In this document: one piece after another, positions 10,132 through 18,529 of the stretch
Numbering within the stretch: position 1 is the stretch's first letter
Layout: each line of letters starts with the position of its first letter
Assembly (NCBI GenBank): GCA_964480865.1
Contig: CAYZRP010000001.1
Span: 22,096 to 86,095, forward strand
DNA length: 64,000 nucleotides
Source of the DNA: an uncultured Anaerolineales bacterium
GTDB taxonomy: Bacteria; Chloroflexota; Anaerolineae; Anaerolineales; UBA6663
Reading direction: 5' to 3'
Made by a program: the position numbers and the translations under genes
Notes under the pieces: model-generated
The model's database searches: none
Told to the model about the DNA's origin: nothing
What the model saw: only the letters and a program-made list of their open reading frames with translations

Positions 10132-10277
10132 GCTGCTCTCCTTTCAAAACACCAAAGGGCATAACGAAGCGTTTCGATGAGAACGCGATCCGAACACGCT
10201 TCCTGTGTTCGTGGTCACGGCCAACGCCCCCGGTTGACATCTGCCCCGATCTGTCCGCGCGAAACAAAGCGGGGAGG

Positions 10278-11297
10278 TCAGCCGGACGGCGGCGCCGTGC
10301 TGCCGCGAACTTTCAACTTCGGCGGAACCAGGACCTGTTCGGGCCCTCGACTCTCGCCCTTCAAATGTCGGATCAGCATCTTCCCGGCCTGGAAGCCCAT
10401 GTCGTAGCTGGGCCATTCCATTCCGGTAAGCGGCGGAGTGACGAGGTCGCTCTCGTCGCCGATGGCAATATCCAGAACTGAACAGTCGTCGGGCACCTTG
10501 CGCCCGGCTTCTTGCAAGGCCGTGATGGCGCCGACCGAAAGCGTGTTGTGCACCGTGACGATCGCGGTGAGCCGGGCATCTTCGGCGAGCAGGCTGCGCG
10601 CCGACCAGTAGCCGCGCTTGATCGCCAGGTCGCTTTCGCGATAGAGCGGGCGGATCTGGAATTGCCGGGTCGCGATCTGAAAGCCGAGGAGGGCGCGCCG
10701 CGCGCCACCCAGTTCCTGAGCGCGCCACTCCTGCGGAAAGGTCACGAAGCCGATATGGCGGTGACCCAACCCCACAAGGTAGGCGTAAGCGTCGAGGATG
10801 GCTTTTTCGATGTCGAAATCGATGAACGTCAGGCCGCGATTGTTGGCCGCGCGTCCGATCATCACAAACGGGTAATCCTGCTCGCGCAAGAACTCGACGC
10901 GCCAGTCATGCAGCGCAATCTGCATCAGGACCAGGCCATCTGCGTCCGCGCCACGACACAGTTTCTTCAGCCCTGGAGGCGTCAGGGCGCCAGTGGCCAG
11001 GCTGAAGTAGTACCCCTCATCCGCGGCGCCCTGCGCGATCCCGGTGATGAAGTTCAGTTCGATCAGGTTGGAGACCAGGCGCGGGTTCGACAACGGGTAG
11101 TGCAACACGATCGTCCGTGTCCGACCTGACGCCAGGCGCTGTGCCTGCAGGTGCGGCACGTAACCCAACTCGTCGATCACCTGGAGCACCTTCTGCCGGG
11201 TGTCTTCCGCGACGTTGTTTTTGCCGTTGATGACGCGCGACACGGTCATCTGCGACACGCCGGCTTTTCGGGCGACATCTTCGAGAGTGGTGGGCAC
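10278..11297 (-). CDS. LacI-family transcriptional regulator
   Basis: N-terminal HTH LEDVARKAGVSQMTVSRVINGKNNV, followed by a periplasmic-binding-protein-like sugar-binding fold. GTG start at 11297. Confidence 0.9.
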   Translation of the reverse strand: MPTTLEDVARKAGVSQMTVSRVINGKNNVAEDTRQKVLQVIDELGYVPHLQAQRLASGRTRTIVLHYPLSNPRLVSNLIELNFITGIAQGAADEGYYFSLATGALTPPGLKKLCRGADADGLVLMQIALHDWRVEFLREQDYPFVMIGRAANNRGLTFIDFDIEKAILDAYAYLVGLGHRHIGFVTFPQEWRAQELGGARRALLGFQIATRQFQIRPLYRESDLAIKRGYWSARSLLAEDARLTAIVTVHNTLSVGAITALQEAGRKVPDDCSVLDIAIGDESDLVTPPLTGMEWPSYDMGFQAGKMLIRHLKGESRGPEQVLVPPKLKVRGSTAPPSG

Positions 11298-11312
11298 GTC
11301 TCACCCGCTGTT

Positions 11313-11340
11313 GTGTTAGCGCTAACTGATAACGCTAACA
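11313..11340. promoter_or_regulatory. Candidate LacI-type operator pair upstream of the LacI gene
   Basis: Perfect 12-bp palindrome gttagcgctaac (11315-11326), followed by the related half-repeat ataacgctaaca (11329-11340). Located 18-43 nt upstream of the GTG start. Confidence 0.45.
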
Positions 11341-11488
11341 TATCAGGGACTGATGTTAGGGGCAAGCGAAAAACGAGGTTCGACCAGACAAAATGACCCG
11401 GTGGGGTGGCCCTGAAAGGGGAAGCCGTCTCTGGAGCCAGTTGTCGGGCCCTTCGCGCGACCAGCGCAGGCCCGTACCCACCACGGCC

Positions 11489-11534
11489 GTGGGCACCGAC
11501 AGGCCAGCGATCGCGCCGACGGGTCGATGCCCAC
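11489..11534. terminator. Candidate terminator hairpin downstream of the 11571-12398 gene
   Basis: gtgggcaccgac (11489-11500) pairs with gtcgatgcccac (11523-11534) at 11 of 12 positions. Loop 22 nt. Lies 37 nt after the stop codon on the minus strand. Confidence 0.3.
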
Positions 11535-11570
11535 GCCCTCATTCAAGAGAGGCCGGGATGACTTGGTTTC

Positions 11571-12398
11571 TTAGGGCAGAGCCGACAATCGATCGGCGGC
11601 GGCCTGAGCCGGTGACCAGAAGAACCCCAGGCCGGATGGATCCCCCGCAGGATCCCAGACACGGGCATGCGGGTACTGAAGGACATTCTGGTATTCGTCC
11701 CTGGCGTCGTCCAACCGGTCAAGACGCTCCAGCGCCTGGCCCTTCACGAAATGGCAGGCGGCGACATCGTTCAGGACTCCGCGCTTCAAGATCTCGTTCA
11801 GTTCAGCTTTGTTTCCGGGTTGGCCCGTGAGAGGGGCCGGCTGGCCATCCAGGCTGAGTGACTGTTGATCACGAAGCGCCTGGCCCTCGAACGCGTCAAT
11901 GCACTCCTCGGCCACGGCAATTGCGTCCACGTATCTGGCGTCGTCCAGGAAGACCCAGGCACAGCTGGTCAGTTGGGCATTCCTCGGCAAGGACAACGCA
12001 GTCAGAGGGCAATCTGCCGACGAAATCTCCGCCGGCGTCGATGAAGCCTGGACTTCTGTCGCCGTCATGGCCATGACGGAAGTCGTAGCGATGACTTCCG
12101 TGGGAACGTTCGTCGGACCTGGCGCCTCGGTGCCCGCAAGGGCTGCCGGCAGCGGCCCGTCCGTTGGCTGGGCCATCGGTGTCGTTGCAGACGTCGAGGC
12201 AGCGGGTTGCGCGCCAATCGTCCAGCCCGCGATCGAGATGGGTCTGCCCTGCAGCCCCACCACAAGCAGGAAACACAAGACCGCCGAGATCGTCAGAAAG
12301 CGGAGCAATCCGATAATGGTCGGGTTGCGGGACATGGCCAAAAGGAATTCCCACATGTTGGCCCTGCCTGTGCGGTTTCGCTTCGGTGTGGTAGCCAT
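11571..12398 (-). CDS. Single-pass membrane-anchored protein with an Ala/Thr/Pro-rich linker and a helical (TPR-like?) ectodomain, function unknown
   Basis: ATG at 12398 is preceded by gaagggggg. Product: MATTPKRNRTGRANMWEFLLAMSRNPTIIGLLRFLTISAVLCFLLVVGL (TM), then a low-complexity linker, then a domain of about 130 aa. Start chosen over 12473 on RBS grounds. Confidence 0.55.
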   Translation of the reverse strand: MATTPKRNRTGRANMWEFLLAMSRNPTIIGLLRFLTISAVLCFLLVVGLQGRPISIAGWTIGAQPAASTSATTPMAQPTDGPLPAALAGTEAPGPTNVPTEVIATTSVMAMTATEVQASSTPAEISSADCPLTALSLPRNAQLTSCAWVFLDDARYVDAIAVAEECIDAFEGQALRDQQSLSLDGQPAPLTGQPGNKAELNEILKRGVLNDVAACHFVKGQALERLDRLDDARDEYQNVLQYPHARVWDPAGDPSGLGFFWSPAQAAADRLSALP

Positions 12399-12649
12399 TT
12401 TGTTCCCCCCTTCATGTGTTGGCTGATTCAGTCGATTGCCACGGTCGGTTCGGTGGGGTAACCGGTTTGCCACCGAAATTGGTCCGTTTGACCTGAACCG
12501 TGTTGTCGGGCTTGGCCGAGTCCCAGACTGTCAATGGTGAATGGATCCAATGAAAGGCTCAAGATGATTGACCCGGCCGTTGATGTGCCTACACTGTAAA
12601 GAGTGTTGCCACAGCGGATCAATCAACACTTTGGTGACGGGTCAAGATA

Positions 12650-12667
12650 GTCAATCAATTGATTGAC
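12650..12667. promoter_or_regulatory. Perfect 18-bp palindrome, candidate operator of the adjacent XRE-HTH gene
   Basis: GTCAATCAATTGATTGAC is its own reverse complement. Its centre is 32 bp upstream of the ATG at 12691. More GTCAATC-like half-sites occur at 12530-12535, 12566-12572 and 12618-12624. Confidence 0.5.
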
Positions 12668-12690
12668 AACATCCGACCAGGGGGTGCGGC

Positions 12691-14100
12691 ATGGGTGACG
12701 ATGATCAGGCCTCTTCGACCCTTGGGGATCTCATCCGCATCACCCGCGAAGAAACGCGGATGACCAACGGCAAACGTTGGACCCAGGATGAGCTCGCCAG
12801 CCGGGTCTTCACCAGCAAACAGTGGATCAGCCGCGTTGAGAGCGGGAAGGTGCTGCCTGCGTTCGAGCTGCTAATTCGGCTTCACGCGGTTCTGGCGGAA
12901 AACGCGGCCGGCGAACCGAGACTGCCCCTGGCCGTCTGGCTCCTCAAATGGCTGGAAGCGCAGATACCGGTGAACGAAAACTTTGCCGACCAGACTCGGC
13001 TGGAAATACAGGCCGCCATGGATCAGGCGGCCGGGGCGCTCGGTCGCCCGTTCTTCAATCGGCGGCCGAAGAAGATCCGCACCCTGTCCGACTTTCCACA
13101 TGCTTTTCAGCCGTTGACGATCATTTGTGGCGACAGGCGCGAAGATCCACCCCGAACCCGAGGCGATGTCTTCGCCTATTCGGTCTCGATCGTGGACCTG
13201 ACCTACCTGCTCGAACTCGGCTTGCGCGGCGACTCGGCGACCATCAAGTCTGACAAGCTCTTTGCCTGGATGGATGATGAGCGGCTGGAGCGGGAGTTCG
13301 GGAACACGAACCTCCTTGTCGTGGGTTCGCCTTCTGTGAATCTGGCCGCCCGGCGGATCAACACTCAGGCCGTGTTTCAGTTCGCTTTCGATCAAGAGAT
13401 CAAGGCGTGGGAAAGGCAGTTGCGCAACACAAAGGAGTTGAACGATCGCCAATACCTGCGCAAATTCTGGCAGATCGCGCGGAACAGCGAGTGGGCCCGG
13501 GATCCTGAAGCGCTGGGTCTTGACAACCTGATCGCCGGGGACGAAGAAGACAGTCTCGCTTCACGCGAGCGAGCGAAAAAAGTCGCCAGAATGGCGAAGG
13601 AGTTGCTCAAAGGCAACAAAGCCGCGTACTGGATGAACAGGTTTCGGAAGCCCGGGTTTCTCGACCCCGTCGACGGCGTCGTGCATGGCCTGTACACGCG
13701 GGAGGACAATGACTTCGGTTTGATCTCCCTTGCCAGAAACCCGTTCAGCAAGAACAAGGACTTTGTCTGCATTTTCGTCGCCGGGATCCATGGCCCCGGA
13801 ACCGCTCACGCGTTGCGGCTCCTTGGCGGACAGGAGCACTTCGAGAACCATCCTTTTGGTGGGGTCATCGAAGTGGAGTTGGATCTCTTCAATAAAGATG
13901 TTCCCAATCGTTTCGAGAATGTCCATTGGGAATGGCAAACGGGGAAATACACGCCTGCTTCATTGTCATCCGCTGTCGATCACGCGATGCGCCAGGCTCC
14001 CGCTCACCCGGAGGCCCTGTTCTCGTCATGGAGCGATGAAGAGCGCAGTGGCTACTTGCGATTCGTGCGCGACCTGACGGGGGCGGGCACCATGAGCTAA
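12691..14100 (+). CDS. XRE-family HTH protein with a large uncharacterised C-terminal domain
   Basis: The N-terminus WTQDELASRVFTSKQWISRVESGKVLPAFELLIRLHAVL is a Cro/C1-type HTH. The remaining 380 aa or so match no family I recognise. RBS aggggg lies upstream. Lys-rich with A/T-richer codons than its neighbours. Confidence 0.7.
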   Translation: MGDDDQASSTLGDLIRITREETRMTNGKRWTQDELASRVFTSKQWISRVESGKVLPAFELLIRLHAVLAENAAGEPRLPLAVWLLKWLEAQIPVNENFADQTRLEIQAAMDQAAGALGRPFFNRRPKKIRTLSDFPHAFQPLTIICGDRREDPPRTRGDVFAYSVSIVDLTYLLELGLRGDSATIKSDKLFAWMDDERLEREFGNTNLLVVGSPSVNLAARRINTQAVFQFAFDQEIKAWERQLRNTKELNDRQYLRKFWQIARNSEWARDPEALGLDNLIAGDEEDSLASRERAKKVARMAKELLKGNKAAYWMNRFRKPGFLDPVDGVVHGLYTREDNDFGLISLARNPFSKNKDFVCIFVAGIHGPGTAHALRLLGGQEHFENHPFGGVIEVELDLFNKDVPNRFENVHWEWQTGKYTPASLSSAVDHAMRQAPAHPEALFSSWSDEERSGYLRFVRDLTGAGTMS

Positions 14101-14461
14101 CGAGGTGGGTGCCGACCGCTGCTCCAACACACAGCTAGCGGCACACCCGCTACCGCAATCAATTCTTGACTGCGGGCTTGAACCTCCATCGCCGAGCGAA
14201 ACAGACTGCCTCTGCCCCGCGGTCCTCTGCGCCCGGTTGGTCGTGCCTTTGCACTCGTATGCGCACCGCCAGGCTGCTGATGGACGCTGGCACTGCCCAG
14301 TTGGGTCGAATAGCTGGCGGAGTTGCCGACAATAGCTGCCGTCAATCTGGACGTGATGGCCCCGACCCGCATATTGGCCAGCATGAGCAGAGCCCCTGTC
14401 TTGCGGACCAGCCGGGTGCGCTTCTCGGCAGAGGAGGCGCGGCCCCCAGATCCACGCCGCC

Positions 14462-14569
14462 CGTGTGCGCCACGCTGCCGACCAGGTCCGGATCGCGCAT
14501 CACTTCTCTGACGATGCGCGGAGGCACGCCATTACTCCTATGCCGACCGGTGCGCATCAACGCAACGTG
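14462..14569 (-). pseudogene. Possible C-terminal remnant of a tyrosine recombinase (phage-integrase family)
   Basis: The minus-strand frame reads HVALMRTGRHRSNGVPPRIVREVMRDPDLVGSVAHT. This loosely resembles the HxLRHT...GVPxxxVxExLGHSDL...YxH box, with catalytic positions degraded. No N-terminal part and no intact ORF. Weak. Confidence 0.25.
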
Positions 14570-14801
14570 GTTCTCCCAGGCCTGACTCGCCTGATCGCGA
14601 GTGAGGAGGCCGCCGAGATTCTGGTTCCTCGCAGACGACGGTCTGTGGGTATCAATAGCGGATTGCGGCATTTCGGGCCCGATGCGGGCTCGAGCCACTC
14701 GAATCGTCGATTTTGGTTGCCTGCTGCTGTCGATTCAGCCATCTGCCGTTCGTCTTAATGCTGAAACACGCGCCAATCCGGGCGCAGGAGAGATAGATAC
14801 G

Positions 14802-15383
14802 ATGGCTCGCATCTTTGTGCTCAACCACGTCAGCCTTGATGGCGTCATGCAGGCGCCCTCTAGCCCCGAAGAAGATCCGCGCAACGGTTTCGCCCACGGC
14901 GGCTGGGCGATGCCGCGCGGCGCGATGCTCGGCCTTGACGCACGGCCGCCGGAGACGGTGGGCGGTCTGCTCTTTGGCCGCCACACCTACGAGAGTTTCT
15001 ACGCCTACTGGCCCAAACAGACCGACAACCCGTTCACGGGCCTGCTCAACACGATGCCGAAGTTCGTGGCTTCGCGCACGCTGGCGGACCCGCTCCCCTG
15101 GCAGAACTCGACCCTGCTGCAGGGTGACGCTGGTACGGCAGTCGCGACGCTCAAGGCACGCATCGAACGCGACCTGCTCATCATGGGCAGCGGTGACCTG
15201 ATCCGCTCGCTCACGGCGCGCGGCCTGATCGACGCCTACATTCTGATGATCCACCCGATCGTGCTGGGCTCAGGCCAGACCCTCTTCGGCGTGGGCGGTC
15301 CGCGCGTCGAGCTTACCTTGAAAGAGACACGTCCGGCCGCCGGCGGCGTCATCATAGCGACCTATGAGCGGGCCGGGGACTGA
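14802..15383 (+). CDS. Dihydrofolate-reductase-like protein (RibD C-terminal domain family)
   Basis: ATG at 14802 follows ggagag. MARIFVLNHVSLDGVMQAP...FGRHTYESFYAYWP...LLIMGSGDLIRSL...MIHPIVLGSGQTLF is typical of the YyaP/RibD_C family. Confidence 0.8.
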   Translation: MARIFVLNHVSLDGVMQAPSSPEEDPRNGFAHGGWAMPRGAMLGLDARPPETVGGLLFGRHTYESFYAYWPKQTDNPFTGLLNTMPKFVASRTLADPLPWQNSTLLQGDAGTAVATLKARIERDLLIMGSGDLIRSLTARGLIDAYILMIHPIVLGSGQTLFGVGGPRVELTLKETRPAAGGVIIATYERAGD

Positions 15384-15425
15384 GTTGACTACAATCGATG
15401 TGAGCGATCTTGACAGGAGCCGATC

Positions 15426-15770
15426 ATGACGAACCGATACCTTCTCAGCATCATCCAGCCCGACGGCGATCCACCGCCGCCCGAAGTGTTTGAGCCGATC
15501 ATGGCGGCGGTGAGCGCCTTCAACGCCGAACTGCGCGCCTCAGGCTCCTGGGTCTTCGTCGGCGCGCTGCACCCGGCGAGCACGGCCACGGTTGTGCGCT
15601 CGAAGGACGGCCAGGCGTTGCTCACCGACGGGCCATACGTCGAGGCCAAAGAACACGTCGGCGGCCTGGTCGTCGTCGCGGCCGATGATCTGGATCAAGC
15701 GCTGGTCTGGGCGCGCAAGCTCAGTCAGGCGACCACGCTTCCGATTGAAGTTCGCCCATTTGCGGAGTGA
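15426..15770 (+). CDS. YCII-related (DGPF-domain) protein
   Basis: 114 aa. Contains GSWVFVGALHP...LLTDGPYVEAKEHVGGLVVVAADDLDQALVWA, the YciI/DGPF signature. Confidence 0.8.
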   Translation: MTNRYLLSIIQPDGDPPPPEVFEPIMAAVSAFNAELRASGSWVFVGALHPASTATVVRSKDGQALLTDGPYVEAKEHVGGLVVVAADDLDQALVWARKLSQATTLPIEVRPFAE

Positions 15771-17014
15771 TGGCCTCTTCGCTTCACAGCCCACCTTCAG
15801 TCGCTGAGATCGAACGCATCTTCCGCGAAGAGCGCGGGAGATGCGTCTCGGTGCTCATCCGCTCGTTCGGCGACATCGCTCTGGCCGAAGAGGCCGTGCA
15901 GGATGCGTTCGTGGCGGCGTTGACGCATTGGCCGACGACGGGGGTGCCGCCGAGCCCACCCGGTTGGATCATCACGACCGCGCGGCGCCGCGCCATCGAT
16001 CATCTGCGCCGCGAAGCGTCGCGCGCCGATCGACACGCGCAGGCTGCGCTCGACCCGGCGCTGCTTACGCCTCCCGAGGATGACGACATGGCCGTGCCTG
16101 ACGAGCGCCTGCGACTCATCTTCACCTGCTGCCATCCGGCTCTGGACCCGGCCGTTCAGGTCGCGCTCACACTCCAATTGGTGGGCGGCCTGAACGCGGC
16201 CGAGATCGCGCGCGCCTTCGTCGTTCCCGAAGCGACGCTGGCGCAGCGCCTGGTGCGGGCCAAGCGCAAGATCCAGGCGGCCCGCATTCCATATCGTGTG
16301 CCTGAGGCCGCCGAACTGCCCGCGCGGTTGAGCACGGTGCTGGCCGTGGTCTATTTGATCTTCAATGAAGGCTATGCGGCCAGCGCCGGGGATCGACTGA
16401 TCCGTAGCGAACTCTGTCTGGAGGCGGTCCGCCTGGGCCGCGTTCTCGCCGAACTGCTCCCGGCCGAACCTGAGGTGCTTGGATTGTTGGCTCTGATGCT
16501 CCTGAGCGAATCGCGCAGCGCCGCGCGCACGGCACCGGACGGCGATCTTATTCGACTGGCTGATCAGGATCGAAGCCGTTGGGATCGGAGCCTGATCGTG
16601 GAGGGCCAGACCCTGGTGCGCATGTGCCTGCGGATCAATCGGCCCGGGCCTTACCAGATCCAGGCCGCGATCCAGGCGGTGCACAGCGATGCCGCGACTG
16701 CCGCAGCCACCGACTGGCGCCAGATCGTGCAGCTCTATGACCTGTTGTTCGCGCTGACGCCGGGGCCGATCGTCGCGCTCAATCGAGCGGTCGCCGTGGC
16801 CGAAGTGGATGGGCCGGAGACGGCGCTGGGGTTGCTCGATTCGCTCGCGCTCGATTCCTACTATCTTTATCACGCCGTCCGCGCCGATCTGCTCAACCGA
16901 CTGGGTCGGGCTGCGGAGGCCAGCGATGCGTACGCCGCTGCGGCGGCTCTCACGGCGAACCTTGTCGAACGCGACTTCCTCGAACGGGGCAGGGAAGCTT
17001 TGAGCGAGCCTTGA
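15767..17014 (+). CDS. ECF-type RNA polymerase sigma factor with a long C-terminal helical extension (ECF42-like)
   Basis: Sigma region 2 (DAFVAALTHWPTTGVPPSPPGWIITTARRRAIDHLRRE), region 4 (LTLQLVGGLNAAEIARAFVVPEATLAQRLVRAKRKI) and a C-terminal helical-repeat domain of about 200 aa. The start (GTG 15767 or ATG 15770) overlaps the YCII stop codon. Confidence 0.85.
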   Translation: MMASSLHSPPSVAEIERIFREERGRCVSVLIRSFGDIALAEEAVQDAFVAALTHWPTTGVPPSPPGWIITTARRRAIDHLRREASRADRHAQAALDPALLTPPEDDDMAVPDERLRLIFTCCHPALDPAVQVALTLQLVGGLNAAEIARAFVVPEATLAQRLVRAKRKIQAARIPYRVPEAAELPARLSTVLAVVYLIFNEGYAASAGDRLIRSELCLEAVRLGRVLAELLPAEPEVLGLLALMLLSESRSAARTAPDGDLIRLADQDRSRWDRSLIVEGQTLVRMCLRINRPGPYQIQAAIQAVHSDAATAAATDWRQIVQLYDLLFALTPGPIVALNRAVAVAEVDGPETALGLLDSLALDSYYLYHAVRADLLNRLGRAAEASDAYAAAAALTANLVERDFLERGREALSEP

Positions 17015-17238
17015 CGGCTGGCCCGAGCCCCTGTGAGAACGACAACACGTCCACCCACAGCGAACAACAGCTTCGCGCCCGGTTGTCCCGCATCCTTTCA
17101 CCGCTCATTGCCTCGGTTGCCACTCGTTGTTTGTCTCCCTACTCTCGCGTGACTCCCCTATGACCGCTGGCACTGGAGCATGTGACCGTCCCCCGGCCAT
17201 ACTGGCGCGATAAATCATTCCAAAGGAGACCAACAAAG

Positions 17239-17691
17239 ATGGAACGATGGAGCCTCGCTGCCTTACACCTGCTTGCGCTGGGGATCGGCGTCGCCGGCAT
17301 CTGGTCCCGGCGCACGGCGCTGCGGGGCACCCTGGATGCCGCCGGCATCACCCGCGTCCTGGCGGCCGACAATCTATGGGCCATCGCCGCGATCCTGTGG
17401 TTGGCGACCGGTCTGTTGCGAGCCTTTGGCGGCTACGAGAAAGGCGCGACCTACTATCTGGGCAACGCCCTTTTCATCGCCAAGATGGCGGCTTTCATCC
17501 TGATCTGGATCCTTGAGGTCTGGCCGATGGTGACCTTCATCCGCTGGCGCGTCGCGATCGGCCGCCATGAGACGCCCGACACGCGCCATGCCGCCACGTT
17601 CGCGACGATCTCGCTGGCTCAGACGGTGTTGGTGGTCGCGATGGTGATCGCCGCGACAGGCATGGCGCGCGGCTACGGGTTTGGCTTTTGA
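17239..17691 (+). CDS. Small 4-TM membrane protein (DUF2214-like?), function unknown
   Basis: ATG at 17239 lies 10 nt after aggag. Four hydrophobic helices (LAALHLLALGIGVAGIW, LWAIAAILWLATGLL, AKMAAFILIWILEVWPMV, QTVLVVAMVIAATGMA). Confidence 0.55.
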   Translation: MERWSLAALHLLALGIGVAGIWSRRTALRGTLDAAGITRVLAADNLWAIAAILWLATGLLRAFGGYEKGATYYLGNALFIAKMAAFILIWILEVWPMVTFIRWRVAIGRHETPDTRHAATFATISLAQTVLVVAMVIAATGMARGYGFGF

Positions 17692-17741
17692 TGCTGGTGG
17701 ATCCATCCGATCGATTCGGTCGAGGCAGGGATGTGTGCACC

Positions 17742-18224
17742 ATGATCGTGAGAACAGCTCAACCCGAGGATGTGGCGGCGTTGACGGCTCTCTGGCACGA
17801 CGGCTGGCAGGACGCGCATGGCTCCCTCCTGCCGGCCAAACTGGCACGGCACCGCACACCCGATAGCTTTCGGGATCGACTGGTCAGGGTCCTGGGCGAT
17901 GTGCGAGTCGTCGGTCCTATCGGCGATCCTGCCGGTCTATTCATTGTGCATGATGATGAGCTCAATCAGCTCTACGTGTCGGAACGAGCGCGTGGCAAGG
18001 GCGTGGCCGCGGCGTTGCTCGCGGACGCCGAGGCTCGCATCGCCGCCCGCGCTTATGAAACGGCCTGGTTGGCCTGTGCCATCGGCAACGATCGCGCAGC
18101 ACGCTTCTATGAGAAACACGGCTGGCGGCGGGTGGGGATTACGACGATCCGGCTCGACACGCCCGACGGCACGATCCCGCTGGAGGTGTGGCGGTACGAA
18201 AAACAGGTGCTCTCCGACACCTGA
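17742..18224 (+). CDS. GNAT-family N-acetyltransferase
   Basis: MIVRTAQPEDVAALTALW...LNQLYVSERARGKGVAAALLADAEARIA...NDRAARFYEKHGWRRVG contains the acetyl-CoA-binding Q/RxxGxG/A motif. Confidence 0.8.
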   Translation: MIVRTAQPEDVAALTALWHDGWQDAHGSLLPAKLARHRTPDSFRDRLVRVLGDVRVVGPIGDPAGLFIVHDDELNQLYVSERARGKGVAAALLADAEARIAARAYETAWLACAIGNDRAARFYEKHGWRRVGITTIRLDTPDGTIPLEVWRYEKQVLSDT

Positions 18225-18529
18225 CCGTCCAGGTCTCCGGGGAAGGGCGGGATCGTGGCGCCGTGTAGACGACGCCTGATGAAGGCACGTGGCTCGATTG
18301 GGCCTCAAGCGCCTATGGATTGAACTGTCGCATGGCCCAGCGACACCCGTTGATGTAGCTCTGTTCAGCCAATGCCGCGTTCGATGGGAGCCCGACTGCC
18401 GAACCATTGAGAGTCAAGCCGGCGATCGTCTGTATCCCACTGGTCGGGCAGCCAGGCGCGGTTCTCGAGACAGGTGTTGAGCCGCTCGGTGTGCTGCCGT
18501 TCAAGGTCTTGCGCGATAGTATTGGGCGC

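Noticed and set aside
10161-10176. A possible second LacI operator (ataacgaagcgtttcg) upstream of the first SBP gene.
   Set aside because: Only 4+4 nt of symmetry (aacg...cgtt) are present, with poor resemblance to the gttagcgctaac palindrome. This is indistinguishable from chance.
14230-14360. A plus-strand reading of the decayed region as an integrase box (PLHSYAHRQAA / ARLLMDAGT / TIAAVNLDVMAPT across three frames).
   Set aside because: It needs two frameshifts and matches less well than the single-frame minus-strand segment at 14462-14569. Both readings are weak, and having two of them shows how limited recognition by eye is here.
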